NCBI GenBank assembly: GCA_963825525.1
Contig: CAWGTN010000002.1
Coordinates: 480,001 to 544,000 of the forward strand
Direction of reading: 5' to 3'
From: an uncultured Chloroflexia bacterium
Lineage (GTDB): Bacteria; Chloroflexota; Limnocylindria; QHBO01
Length of the DNA: 64,000 nucleotides
Below, piece by piece: positions 1-11,095 of this stretch; position 1 is the stretch's first letter; each line of letters begins with the position of its first letter. Under the pieces are notes generated by a model, which ran no database searches, was not told the DNA's origin, and worked only from the letters and a program-made list of their open reading frames with translations. The position numbers and the translations under genes were made by a program.

Positions 1-95
1 CCCACGCTGGCCTCGACCCGATAGGCGTCGCCGAGCAGGCGGGCCAGCGTTCGGGCCTTCGCCGGCGACTCGACGATGACCAGCGGCTTCGACAT
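1..95 (-). CDS. topA: DNA topoisomerase I, N-terminal fragment (runs off window start)
   Basis: Manual translation from ATG at 95: MSKPLVIVESPAKARTLARLLGDAYRVEASVG, the TOPRIM start of type IA topoisomerases; GAGGAG RBS upstream. Confidence 0.93.
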   Translation of the reverse strand, partial: MSKPLVIVESPAKARTLARLLGDAYRVEASV

Positions 96-305
96 CGGGG
101 TCAGCTCCTCGAGATGCGGACGATCGGCGGGGCCCCGTGGCGGGACGCGACGATCATGAGGGCGTGAAAGCCAGCGCGGTTCGGAGCATTTGGTGAGGGA
201 GTGTAGCACCGGCCCCGTGCTCGGCCGCCGAAGCGAACCGAGACACGGGGCCGTGTGGTGCCTGGGTGAGCGGGCCCGCCGTGTGCACGGCGACCCGGTG
301 GGTCC

Positions 306-1974
306 TCAGTCGGTGAAGTTCCAGGTGATGACCGTGCGCCCACCGACCGTCGCGATCCCGACACCCATGCGCCGAGCATTCGGGTTCAGGATGTTCGCGA
401 TGTGGTTCCAATGGCCGGGATAGGGCTCAGCCATGAACTGCGCGTGGCACCAGTCGAGCGTCGCCTGCTGGCTCATCCCGACGTGATAGCACTGGTTCTC
501 GCCGGACCAGCTGAACCCGACGCCGCCGGCACGGAGCCGGGACTCGCGGGTGCTGCCGTTGGCACCGGTGTGGCTGAAGTAGCCGTTCGTCGCCTGGTCC
601 CAAGCATGGGATGAGGCGACTGCGGAGACTCCCGCGTCGAGGACCACCGGTGCGAAGCCGTATGCGGCCCGGGCAGCGTTGACCTGGTTGAGGGCGTAGC
701 CCGCCAGGCTGGTTGCTGGTGCCGCCGCCGGCACGACCGGTGCGCTGCGCACCGACGTTGCCGCGCGAGCCACCGCCACCGGCGCCGGCGCCGCCTTGGT
801 CGTGAACGACAGGCCGGCCTTGACGACGTTGCCATCGGCATCGCGCGGCACCACCGTCGAACGCGACGGTGTAGGACCTTCCGCCGGCCAGGGGCCGGTC
901 CGGCGTGTAGACGAGCTGAGTCGCTGCCTCGTTCCAGTTGAGGAGCCCGCCGACCAGCTGGCCGGTGGCGTCATCGGTCAGGCCGAACACCTTGTTGGTG
1001 GCCTCGACCGCCATCGGCTGGCTGAACCAGAGCTCGACGGTCGTCGGCTCGACGCCGGCTGCTTCCGCCTCGGGCGTCGTCTTCGTGACCTGCGCGCCGG
1101 GCTGAACGATGAACGAGAAGTTCCCCTTGCCACCGACGACGTTGCCGAGCCTGTCATGCGCACCGATCACGCTGATCGTGTAGCGAGAGCCCGGCTCCAA
1201 CCGACCGGAAGGCCGGAAGACGAGGTCGTTGGCGATCCATTCGATGTCGCCTTCCACCGCTGGGGTGATGGCGAACCGCTCTTCGACGTCGGCGTGGTCC
1301 ATGTCGCCGGAGAAGCTCACGCTGATCGCGCTCGTGGCGCTGACCTCGGTCGCGGTCTTGCTCGGTGGATTGACCAGTGCGACGTCAGGCGCCGCCTTGG
1401 CCGCCGCAGCGTCGAGCGGGGTGTCGACGGAAGCCGCCGCCGTGGCGGTCTCGGCGAGGCGCACCTGGAAGTCGGTGACGCGCGGCGCCGTCTGGGTGGT
1501 GAACGAGAACCGATGGGCCTGGCTCAGCGCGCCGCCGTCCGTGGCGACTGCTTCACCGCCGACCACCACGAGGTAGGTCTCATCGGTGCGCCAGCGCTGC
1601 TCAGGGGTGAGCTTGAGCTGATCGAGGTCCTGATTCCACGACGCGCGAACGGCATCATCGGGCAGGATCTGCAGGTGATCTTCGACGGAACCGGGGTTCA
1701 TGGCGGCGTCGAAGTCGATGGTGATGGAAGCATCGGTGGTGACACCGATACCCACGTTCTGCGGCAGCATCGACTCGGTAACGACCGGAGCCGGTTCCGG
1801 GCCGGCCACGGTGACCGGCGCCTGCTGGCTGAACGCGATGACAACTGTGAACGAGAGGGCGGCAATCGAAACCCGGGCGAGGGCTCGATGGCTGCTCAGC
1901 AAACTGCCGAGCGACTCGAACAGGGCGGCCGCAGCCGCGACGGTTCGGATCGGACGCAATACACAAAACTCCAT
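306..1974 (-). CDS. Secreted/membrane-anchored protein with Ig-like (Big_5/SbsA-type) repeats and C-terminal CAP/SCP domain; one frameshift near 845
   Basis: ORF 427-1974 has a hydrophobic N-terminus and repeated 'ITIDFDAAMN/ISVSFSGDMD/VELWFSQPM...FSFTT' units; ORF 306-974 continues with CAP motifs (NAARAAYG, YFSHTG, GEN, HIANILNP, GVG). Confidence 0.8.
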
Positions 1975-2057
1975 GGGGATTCGGGGCTCACCCGTCGTTG
2001 GGCACGGTCAGGCAAGCCGAGAGGCGGCACAAGGATAGCCCACTCGTACTGGGTCTG

Positions 2058-3182
2058 TCATACGGCCTCCGCAAGCCGGCGAGCGGCCAGGGTGGGGTGG
2101 AAGGTGGCTCCACCGTACGAATCCACCAACCCGCGACCCTCCAGCATGACCAGCGCACTGGCGACCGAGGCAGCCGGCTGACGGGCGCGATCCACGAGCT
2201 CCTCGATCGAGCCGGGCCGCTCCAGCAGGTATCGCATCAGTACCCCCTCCACCTCAGACAACGCGTTCACCGTCGGCGGCCGGCGATCGCGCGTGAGGCC
2301 GATCTGGCGCAGCAGCGAGGCACTGGACGTCACGAGCACCGCATGCTGATCGGCGATCAGGCGGTTGCACCCGCGCGACGCCATGGAATCAATGGGGCCC
2401 GGGACGGCGTACAGCTCACGGCCGATGGTGACTGCGGCCGCCGCAGTCAGCAGAGCGCCGGAGTGATCGGGAGCCTCGACCACCACGACGGCCTCCACCA
2501 GCCCGGCAATGATCCGGTTCCGGCGCGCGAAGTCCGGCTTACCGACCGCGCCGCCGACGGCGATCTCGCTGACGAGCGCGCCGCCGGCGCGCACGAGATC
2601 GCGCGCCAGCGCGCGGTGCCGCGGCGGATAGATGCGATCGAGCGGCGACGGAAGGACGGCGATCCCGCTCCCGCCAGCAACGAGGCCTCCGCGGTGCGCC
2701 GCGCCGTCGATCCCCAGCGCAAGGCCCGAGACGACCATCACGCCTGCCCGCACCAGCTCGTCGGCGATCTCGGTGGCAACCGAAAGGCCGTAGCCCGAGG
2801 CCCGTCGGGTCCCGACGATTGCCACGGCGCGCTCGTGGAACACCACTGCCGGGCCGACGATGAACAGCGTCGGTGGACGTGGGTCAAGGCTGCGGAGCGC
2901 GGGAGGGTAGTCCTCGTCGAGCGCGGTGACCACCTTGCCCCCCGCCGCCCGGGTGACGGACGCGATTCTGCGCGCAATCGCACGCGGATCGTCGGCGGGG
3001 ATCCACGCGGCTCGGCGCTGCCCCGATCGTGCGGGGCCCGGCGCATCAAGACCAGCCGGTCCCGCGCTCCACGCGTCGAGCGCCGAGCCGTATCGAGCGA
3101 GAAGACGAGCGAACCCGACCGGGCCGATCCCGGGAACGGTCGAGAGCGCGATCCATGCGTCACGCTCGGTGGCGCGACTCAC
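2058..3182 (-). CDS. dprA: DNA-processing protein DprA
   Basis: Motifs YPPALR..PP, VAIVGTRRAS, VSGLALGIDGAAH, FARRNRIIAG, SGALLTA, AVPGPI, GCNRLI. Confidence 0.95.
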   Translation of the reverse strand: MSRATERDAWIALSTVPGIGPVGFARLLARYGSALDAWSAGPAGLDAPGPARSGQRRAAWIPADDPRAIARRIASVTRAAGGKVVTALDEDYPPALRSLDPRPPTLFIVGPAVVFHERAVAIVGTRRASGYGLSVATEIADELVRAGVMVVSGLALGIDGAAHRGGLVAGGSGIAVLPSPLDRIYPPRHRALARDLVRAGGALVSEIAVGGAVGKPDFARRNRIIAGLVEAVVVVEAPDHSGALLTAAAAVTIGRELYAVPGPIDSMASRGCNRLIADQHAVLVTSSASLLRQIGLTRDRRPPTVNALSEVEGVLMRYLLERPGSIEELVDRARQPAASVASALVMLEGRGLVDSYGGATFHPTLAARRLAEAV

Positions 3183-3221
3183 CGCTTTCCCGTCCGGATG
3201 TGCGACCCGTGGCCACGCCGA

Positions 3222-4727
3222 TCATGCCTCCCCCTCCGGTGGCCGGTGGGCCAGGGCCTCGTCGAGGTGCTCCCCGCGCACGACGGACGAGCCGGCAAGG
3301 TCCGCGATCGTGCGAGCGACGCGTGCGGCGCGGTGGATGCGGCGCATCGACAACCGCAGCTGGCGCGCGCGGAGGTCGAGCTGCGAGCCGATGCCCGGCG
3401 AGAAACCCGTTCGCGCGTCAAGCCACGTCGGCGGCAGCTCGACGTTCGACAGCTGCTGCCGCTCCTGCTGGATGGCGGCGGCGAGCGCAACGCGGGCAGC
3501 AACCACGTCCGAGGCCTCGGCAACCGCCGGCTCGTGCGTCGCCGGGACGGCATCCAGCGGGACGACGAGGTCCAGCCGATCGCGCATGGGACCGGAGAGT
3601 CGAGCCTGGTAGCGACGACGGACGCCGTCATCACATGAGCAGGATCGCCCCCGAGCGCCGTACCAGCCGCACGGGCAGGGATTGAACGCAGCGAGCAGCA
3701 TGAATCGCGCGGGAAGCAGGAGGACGCGCTCGACGCGGGCGATCGTCACGGTCCCGGAGTCGAGGGGTCCGCGCAGCGCATCGAGCGCATCCGCACGGAA
3801 CTGGAGCGTCTCGTCCAGAAACAGGACGCCGCGATGGGCAAGGCTGACCTCGCCCGGCCGAACGCGCGGACCACCCCCGACGAGTGCCTGCATCGAGATC
3901 GTGTGATGCGGCGCTCGGAACGGCCGACGCCGCGAGAGCGAGGCCTCCACCGTCGTGACGCCGGCGACCGAGCGAACGCGGCTCACCTCGGCCAGCTCCG
4001 CATCGCCGAGCGGTGGCAGAATCCCGGCCGCGATCCGCGCCAGCAGCGTCTTCCCCACGCCGGGCGGGCCGGTGAACGCCAGGTTGTGCCGGCCTGCCAC
4101 CGCGATCTCGAGTGCTCGCCGCCCGACCGCATGTCCGACGACGGATCGCATGTCGGGGACGTCGTCAGCCAGCGGCCCCTCGACCAGGCACGGTGCGTCG
4201 GTGGTGGGGAGCCGGTCGAGACCGGCGAGGTGTCTCGTGACCTGGCGCAGCGTCCCGGCGCCGCGGACCTCGGCGCCGGGGACCGCCGATCCCTCGGCGG
4301 CAGCTGCGGCGGGCACGATGACCTCGGACGCACCGGCCTCGCGCGCTGCCGAGACAAGCGCCACGATGCCGGGCACGGACCGCAGGGTCCCGTCGAGAGC
4401 AAGCTCACCGATCAGCGCGACCCGGTCGAGCCCCTGTGCATCCAGCTGCCCGGACGCCACCAGGATTCCAACGGCCATGGCGAGGTCGTGGCCCGTGCCC
4501 TCCTTGGGCAGGTCTGCCGGAGCGAGGTTGATGGTGATCCGTCGGGCCGGCACCTCGAAATCCGAGTTCCGCAGAGCCGATCGGACGCGCTCACGCGACT
4601 CGAGGACCGCACTCCCGGCCAGGCCCACGATGGTCAGGCCCGGCAACCCGAAGGCGACGTCCACTTCCACCCGGACGGGGACGCCGTCGACACCCACCGT
4701 GGATGCGCTCAGCGTGGTGGCGAGCAT
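3222..4727 (-). CDS. comM: YifB/ComM family Mg-chelatase-like AAA+ ATPase
   Basis: ESRERVRSAL, ITINLAPADLPKEG, GPPGVGKT, PFRAPHH, PGEVSLAHRGVLFLDE, NPCPCG; directly upstream of dprA. Confidence 0.93.
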   Translation of the reverse strand: MLATTLSASTVGVDGVPVRVEVDVAFGLPGLTIVGLAGSAVLESRERVRSALRNSDFEVPARRITINLAPADLPKEGTGHDLAMAVGILVASGQLDAQGLDRVALIGELALDGTLRSVPGIVALVSAAREAGASEVIVPAAAAAEGSAVPGAEVRGAGTLRQVTRHLAGLDRLPTTDAPCLVEGPLADDVPDMRSVVGHAVGRRALEIAVAGRHNLAFTGPPGVGKTLLARIAAGILPPLGDAELAEVSRVRSVAGVTTVEASLSRRRPFRAPHHTISMQALVGGGPRVRPGEVSLAHRGVLFLDETLQFRADALDALRGPLDSGTVTIARVERVLLLPARFMLLAAFNPCPCGWYGARGRSCSCDDGVRRRYQARLSGPMRDRLDLVVPLDAVPATHEPAVAEASDVVAARVALAAAIQQERQQLSNVELPPTWLDARTGFSPGIGSQLDLRARQLRLSMRRIHRAARVARTIADLAGSSVVRGEHLDEALAHRPPEGEA

Positions 4728-4860
4728 CGAGACCTCGGCGGAGGCGACGGCATGGGCCTGGCGAAATGCCGGTCGCCACCTGCTCGCCTCCCTACTAACC
4801 AGCGACGACCGGCACCGCCAAGGCTAGGGACGCGGGTCTTATCGCCGGGTTAGGGGCGCG

Positions 4861-6068
4861 TTATCGGGCGGGAACGCCCTCGCTGCCGACCGTCGCCGCG
4901 AACATGGCGTCGAGCTCATCGGCAAACTTGGCCACGCTCTGTCCCAGCGGCGCCATCGGGCCGGCTCGACATGAACGGCTCGCCCGAGTTCAGGGCACTG
5001 ATGGCGCCGCGGTACTCGTTGATGACCTGGTAGTCGATCTTGCGACCCAGCGCGGACTCGGCGTTGTCGACGTTGATGCCGGTGTAGGCGTTCGATCGGT
5101 TGAGGACCAGCTGGACCTTGCTCCGCTCGTACCCCAGCGAGTCCATGGTCTCGAGCACCAGCCGGACGTTCTTCAGGCACGACAGGTCGGCGGTCATGAC
5201 CACGAAGATGACATCGGCCTCGTCGAACAGCTGGAGGTTGAAGTCGTCGATCGTCTTCGCCATGTCGACCACGGTGTAGTCGTAGGCGCGGCGCATGAGG
5301 CCCAGGATGTTCGAGAGTGAGCGCGGATGGGTGCGCTGGCGCTCCATGACGAGGTCCGCGGACTCCGGGTTGGGCGGCGCGAGCAGCAGCTCGCATCCCG
5401 GCATGGTGCGTGACCATGAGCTTGCGCAGCAGGTCGGCATCCAGGTCGTTCTCGCTGATGGCGTTCACGATCGACGCAGAGTCCAGGCCCAGGTCCAGGA
5501 AGACGCGCAGGTCGCCGAACTGAAGGTTGGCGTCAACGATGGCGGTCCGTCGCTTGAGGCGCTCGCGTGAGGGCGATGGCGGCGTTGATGGCGATGGTGG
5601 TGGTGCCCACTCCGCCCTTGGCGCCGTAGAAGCAGGCGAGACGGCCGAGCGTCGGGCCTCTCGGCCCCGGCCTTGGGCCTCGGAGTCCCGCCTGAGCGCG
5701 ACAGCAGCGCCTTGATGCGGGCGATGAGCTCGAGCGGATGGAACGGCTTGACGATGTCGTCGTCCGCTCCGGCACGGAGGCCCCTGACCCGCTGCTCCAC
5801 GTCGGCCTCGGCGGTGAGCATGATGATCGGCACGCGACGGGGGGCTGTCTCGGCCGCCCGAATCTGTTGCGGTCGCGGCGTAGCCGTCCAGGCGTGGCAT
5901 GGCCACGTCCATGAGGATGAGGTCCGGCTCGATGGATGCCGCCATCTCGACCCCGGCCTGGCCGTCGGAGGCGACGTGGACCTCGAACCCCTCCTGCTTC
6001 AGCGTGAAGACCAGGACGCGCTGGATATTGAGATCGTCGTCGACGACCAGGACCTTGGTGGCAGCCAA
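4861..6068 (-). CDS. Response-regulator receiver + CpaE/TadZ-type ParA/MinD ATPase (paralog 1); several frameshifts
   Basis: Pieces across frames: [34 protein letters not shown] (REC); [16 protein letters not shown]; [10 protein letters not shown]; [11 protein letters not shown]; LVLNRS; ALNSGEPF; stop TAA at 4861. Confidence 0.82.
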
Positions 6069-6170
6069 TGCAGATCCCCTGGTGAGATGGATGAGGCGAT
6101 TATAGGGTTCGGGTCGATCCGCTCCATGGTCCGTTGGGCGCGATGATCACCCATCGGTACGGGGCATGGA

Positions 6171-7085
6171 CTACCCCAGGTGGCGCTCCAGGAACGCCAG
6201 GACGCGCTCGCGGTACGCTTCGGGGTCCGTGGCGTATGCCTCGGCGTGGCCCGCGCCCGCTACCACGTAGAGCTCCTTCGGCTCCCCCGCCGCGTCGTAC
6301 AGCCGCTGCGCTCTGCCGCCAGCTGATGAGCTGATCCTCGCGCGGGGAGATGAGCAGCAGCGGCACGCGGTGCGATGCGACGCGACGCGCCCGGATGGGA
6401 TCAGATGAGCCGAGACCGAGCCCGGACGGCCGTCGCCGGTCACTACGATGAGGCGCGCGCCGAGCCAGCGAGTGGATAGCCCAGCTGACGCATGCGGTTC
6501 GCGACCGGATGGTGAAGCTCGGCGAAGGCGGCATCGGCCACGACCGCGGCGACCGGCAGGTCGGGGGCGGAGACGAATGGCGGTCGACGGCGCCCATGCT
6601 GATGCCGAAGAGCGCGATCGGCCCCAGGCCCCTGCTCTCGAGGAAGCGGACTGCCGCCGCCACGTCCCGCCGCTCGTGGCGTGCCAAGCGTCACGAGCCC
6701 GGGTCCGCTCTCACCATGGCCGCGAAAGTCGAACTGCAGGACGTGGTGCCGCTCGCGGAGCCATGGCACGAAAGCAGCCAGCTCGCGGAAGTCGGTGCCC
6801 GGAGAAGCCGTGCATGAGGATGACCGCGGTCCTGCGTCGTCGCGCGCGGCCGGAATCAGCCAGCCGGAGAGGGTCACGCCATCGTCGGTCGTGAAGCGCA
6901 CCGTCTCGTACTCGAGGCCGAGGTCGGCCGGGCTGGTCGGCAGCCGTCCTCCGGGTCCGGCATGAACGGCCGGAACGCCGGGCCGCACCAGCTCGCGGGA
7001 GCCCCGGACGCCGACGCACGAGGAGGTAAGACCGCCGTGACCAGGCCGATCAGCCGGCCGACCGCCCGCAGGCGCGCAGCGTCAT
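6171..7085 (-). CDS. Alpha/beta hydrolase; several frameshifts
   Basis: Fragments: [51 protein letters not shown] (nucleophile elbow), [16 protein letters not shown]; ATGA overlap with the SPFH stop at 7082-7085. Confidence 0.75.
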
Positions 7086-7992
7086 CCGGCCGGTCGCGGC
7101 GCCCGGTTCAGCGGCTGCGGACGGGCGCATCTGGCGCATCGCGCTGGCTGATCGGTCGCGTGAGCTCGGAGAGCTCCATCGGCACGATCCACTTCGTGCT
7201 CTCGCCATCGGCCAGCGCCTTCAGCGCGTCGAGGTACTGGAGCGCCATCGTCTTCTCGTCGATGCCGCTTGGCGGCGCCGAAGATCGTCTGCAGCGCGTT
7301 GGCGTAGCCCTCGGCGCGCAGGATCTGCGACTGGCGCTCGCCCTCGGCGCGAAGGATGTTCGACTGCTTGTCGCCCTCCGCCACGTTGATCGTGGCCTGG
7401 CGGGTGCCCTCCGACTCGGTGATGTATCGCGCGCCGGTTGCGCTCGGCGCTCATCTGGCGGTTCATGGCGTCCTGGATGTCGCGCGGCGGCACGATCTCG
7501 CGGATCTCGACGCTGGTGATCTTCACGCCCCAGCGCTCGGTGACCTCGTCCAGCTTGGCGCGCAGGATGTGGTTGATCTCCTCGCGCTTGGCGAGCACGT
7601 CGTCGAGGGGGATGTCGCCGATGACGGCGCGCAGGGTCGTGGCCGCCAGCGCCTGCGAGGCGCCGGTGAAGTCGGTCACCGCGGTGACCGTGACGTCGGG
7701 CTGGAAGACCTTGGAGTAGACGAGGAAGTCGATGCTGATCGGCGCGTTGTCCTTGGTGATGCAGGTCTGCTGCGGCACCTCGAGGAAGCGCTCGCGCAGG
7801 TCGACCTTGACGGCCTGCTGCACGAACGGGATGAGCAGCACGATGCCCGGACCGCGCGATCCCTGCAGACGCCCGAAGAAGAAGACCACCAGGCGCTCGT
7901 ACTCGCGCACGATGTGGACGATGCTGAACAGCAGCCACAGCCCGATGGCGAGGCCGATGACAAGGATGATCGAGCCCGGTCGGGTCTTCCAT
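7082..7992 (-). CDS. SPFH/stomatin (band 7) family membrane protein; frameshifts
   Basis: [86 protein letters not shown]; downstream of nfeD. Confidence 0.88.
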
Positions 7993-8001
7993 GGTGCGTC
8001 G

Positions 8002-9374
8002 CTAGCCCTCCGTTGCTCCCCCGTCGCCGGCTGACGCCGGCTCGACGATCAACTCGAGCCCTTCCACCCCGACCACTCGCAGGGGCGCGCCGGCCCCGAT
8101 CTCGGCGCCACCCTGGCTTCGGGCCGACCAACTCTCGCCGCCAGCATAGGCGATCCCCGTCGGAGCGATGAGCGTCTGGGCTGTGCCGGCGGCTCCGACC
8201 AGGGCCGGCATGACCGGCGGTCGCCGCTCCGCGCATTCCGTCGCATCTGGAGCAGTGCGCGCACGAGGACGCCGATGTAGACCAGGCCGACGGCCACCAC
8301 CACGAGCGACGAGCCACGGGCTCACGGTCACCTCGGCGATGCGAGTCGATGCCCGGGTCGACGCCGGTCCACAGTGCGAAGGCGCCGAGCACGAACGCCA
8401 CGAGGCCGCCGATCGTCAGCAGGCCGTAGCTCGTGACGGTGACCTCGAGCGCGAACAGACCCGATGCCGATGAGGATGAGCAGAAGGCCGCCCGACGTTG
8501 AGCGGCAGTGCAGTTCGACCCGATGAACGCCAGCACGATGGCGATCGCGCCGAGGATGCCGGAGAAGAAGTTCGGGATGGAACAGCTCGGCCAGGATGCC
8601 GTAGAAGCCGATGGTGAACAGGATGAAGGCGATGTTCGGGTCGCTGAGCAGGTGCAGGAACTGCTGGCCGATGTTCATCTCGATGTCGCGGACCGCGAGC
8701 CCGCTCAGGGATGGCAGGGGTTGGCCGTTGAACGTGAACGCTCGCCCGTCGGCCCGGGTCCCCTCGTCGATCGTCGCCAGGAGGTCGTCGATGTCGGCCG
8801 CGATGAAGTCCGCCACCGGCGGCTCGAGGGCGACCGCATCGGCCGCGCTGATGCTCGCCGCCTCGCGAACGGCCGACTCGGCCCAATCGGCATTGCGGTC
8901 ATGCTGCTCGGCCAGGGATCGGATGCGCGCCACCGCATCGTTGGTCACCTTGGCGGCCAGGGTCTCCGGCAGCTCGGCTCCCCCGCTGCCGACGACGGAG
9001 GCGGCGCCGATGTTCGTGTTGGGCGCCATGGCGGCGACATCGGCGGCCAGGGTGATGAAGGTGGCGGCCGAACCGGCGCGGGCGCCCCCCGGCGCCACCC
9101 AGGCGATGACCGGGATCTCGCTGGCGAGGATGGCCTTGATGATGGTGTCCATGCTCGTGAGCTCGCCGCCGGGCGAGTCGATCTGGATGATCGCCGCCGC
9201 GGATCCCTCGTCGACCGCGACGCTCAGCGCCTCCTCGATGAACGTGGCGTTGACCTGATCGATCACGCCGGTCAGCTCGAGGCGGGCAATCTGGTCGCCA
9301 TCGGCGGCCGCGGGCGCCGCGATGCCGATGATTCCGATCGCGACGGCAAGGGCAGCGAGCACGCGTCGAGGCAT
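8002..9374 (-). CDS. nfeD: NfeD family membrane-bound ClpP-class serine protease; frameshifts in the TM/C-terminal part
   Basis: IDSPGG, WVAPGGARAGSAATFI, AAMAPNTNIGAA, KVTND, DPNIAFIL, C-terminal OB-fold 'GESWSARS..VVGVEGLELIVEP'; canonical pairing with SPFH. Confidence 0.88.
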
Positions 9375-9445
9375 GGATCGAGTATAGGTGGCACCCGTTG
9401 TGTTGCCCGTTGGGCGGGTGGGCCTGAGCGGCGGTCGACCACCGT

Positions 9446-9572
9446 CCGGACATACGCTTGCGAGGTTCGCATTAGCGGGCTCCCGCGCACCGAGGTGGAC
9501 CGACGCGAGCGTGACCCTGGCCGCCGAACGTCGCTGAGAGCCGCTAATGCGCGTCAGGCGCGCAGTTGTCAG
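9446..9572. repeat. Intergenic imperfect inverted repeat (core CGCATTAGCGG 9468-9478 / CCGCTAATGCG 9541-9551)
   Basis: Perfect 11-bp inverted pair separated by 62 bp, with weaker flanking complementarity. Confidence 0.55.
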
Positions 9573-10191
9573 GCGGAGCGGCCGCCCGAGCGACGCCCCG
9601 CGCGACGCTCCAGCTCGGCACCGACCAGCTGCGACCAGGTCTCGAGCCGATCCGGCTCCCGCATGACGTCCTCCAGATGTCGCGAACGAACCCGTCAGCT
9701 TCTCGTGCTCCCGCACGTCAACCGACCGACCGCCGGCGTCGACGACGAACACGACCCCAAGGTGCACCGAACCCACGGGATTCGTGTCGTCATTGAGCAG
9801 GCCGACAAGCTCGAAGCTCGGCTCCCAATCGGCTGCGAGCTCTTCCGCCCATTCGCGACGCATGCCGGCCATGAGCGGCATCGTCCCCATCGTCCACCGG
9901 ATTGAGGTGACCACCGACGCCGATGCTGGACTTGCCGTGCAGCCGCGCGTCGCCACCCGCATCGGTCCGGTGCATCAGGAACACGGACGATCCGTTGCGG
10001 ACCACGACGTATGGAATGAGCTGCTTGTGCGCCGGGTCCTCCTCGGCAGCCGCGCGGTCGAGGTACGTTCCGTGGTTGGCGACGGCAGCGCGCAGCCGCC
10101 CAAGCAGCCCTTCGTCGGCGCCACGGATTCCGTGGAAATCACAGCCGTCCGGTACGGCGGACCGGGGCAGCACCAGGACCTGTTCGGACAT
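9569..10191 (-). CDS. NUDIX-family phosphoesterase (COG4112/YmaB-like); frameshifts
   Basis: AEEDPAHKQLIPYVVV, RLHGKSSIGVGGHLNP, MRREWAEEL, GLLNDDTNPVGSVHLGVV, LETWSQL. Confidence 0.8.
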
Positions 10192-10462
10192 CGATCGAGT
10201 CTATCCGGTCCTGCGTAAGGTGCCTCGCAAGGTCGTCGCCGTAGGCTGGTTTCCTCACAAGGTTGCACCGCTCCACACCGCACCGCCCATCGGCCGCGGA
10301 ACTGCGGTGCACACCGTCACCGATTGACCATGGATTCCGTGGTAAATGCATGGGTCAGGGTACTAAGGTACTGCCTCAACGCAGAGGGGAAGATCGAGCG
10401 CACCTCCAGGGACCATTGCCTGCACTGCCCGCCGGTACGACTGCCCATCGTGTGCCCACACC

Positions 10463-11095
10463 ATGTCGACAGCAGACGTAGACCCAACTCCACAGCCGGT
10501 CGTCCCGGCGAGTTCGACCCGCGGGCAGTCAGTCGTCGAGTTTGCGCTCGTCCTGCCGATGCTCCTGGTCCTGCTGCTCGGCGTCGCCGACTTCGGTCGG
10601 GTCTTTGCGGCCGGAATCACCGTCGAGGCCGCTGCGCGCAATGCGGCCGAGGCGGCGGCCCAAGAATATTTGTTGTTGAAGCGGGACACCACGCTGCCCC
10701 TTCCGGCGGCTGACTACCAGCGCATTCATGAGGTGGCGATCGAATCTGCTTGCGAGGAGGCTGCGACGCTCCCAAATCACTCTGGGGGCGGCCTGTGCAG
10801 CATGCCTATGGTCGCCGTCTGTGTTCATGATGACTTCGACCCCCACTGCGCGGCGGAGAGTGGGTTGGTCCCAGCCGGATGCACCAGCATCCTGTCGATG
10901 CCGTCCAATCCGGTGAATTCGGGACCCGACGGTGCGAATGGTGGGCGGCTGCCTCAGGTGGAGGTTCGAGTCTGCTATCGGTTTACGACGCTCATCTCTC
11001 TGACCGATCTTCGCCTCCCCTTCGGCTGGGGCCTGAGCTTGGGTGACGTCTGGCTGCAAAAGGACAGATGGTTCACCGTGGCGGACTACCGGTGA
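10463..11095 (+). CDS. TadE-like minor pilin/pseudopilin
   Basis: Prepilin motif RGQSVVEFALVLPMLLVLLLGVADFG then AARNAA; Cys-rich C-terminus. Confidence 0.88.
   Translation: MSTADVDPTPQPVVPASSTRGQSVVEFALVLPMLLVLLLGVADFGRVFAAGITVEAAARNAAEAAAQEYLLLKRDTTLPLPAADYQRIHEVAIESACEEAATLPNHSGGGLCSMPMVAVCVHDDFDPHCAAESGLVPAGCTSILSMPSNPVNSGPDGANGGRLPQVEVRVCYRFTTLISLTDLRLPFGWGLSLGDVWLQKDRWFTVADYR

Noticed and set aside
205-260. Hairpin upstream of topA as a riboswitch or ncRNA
   Set aside because: It lies upstream of the likely -10 (TACACT near 200-205) and matches no RNA family I recognise; more likely a terminator-region stem of the CAP gene.
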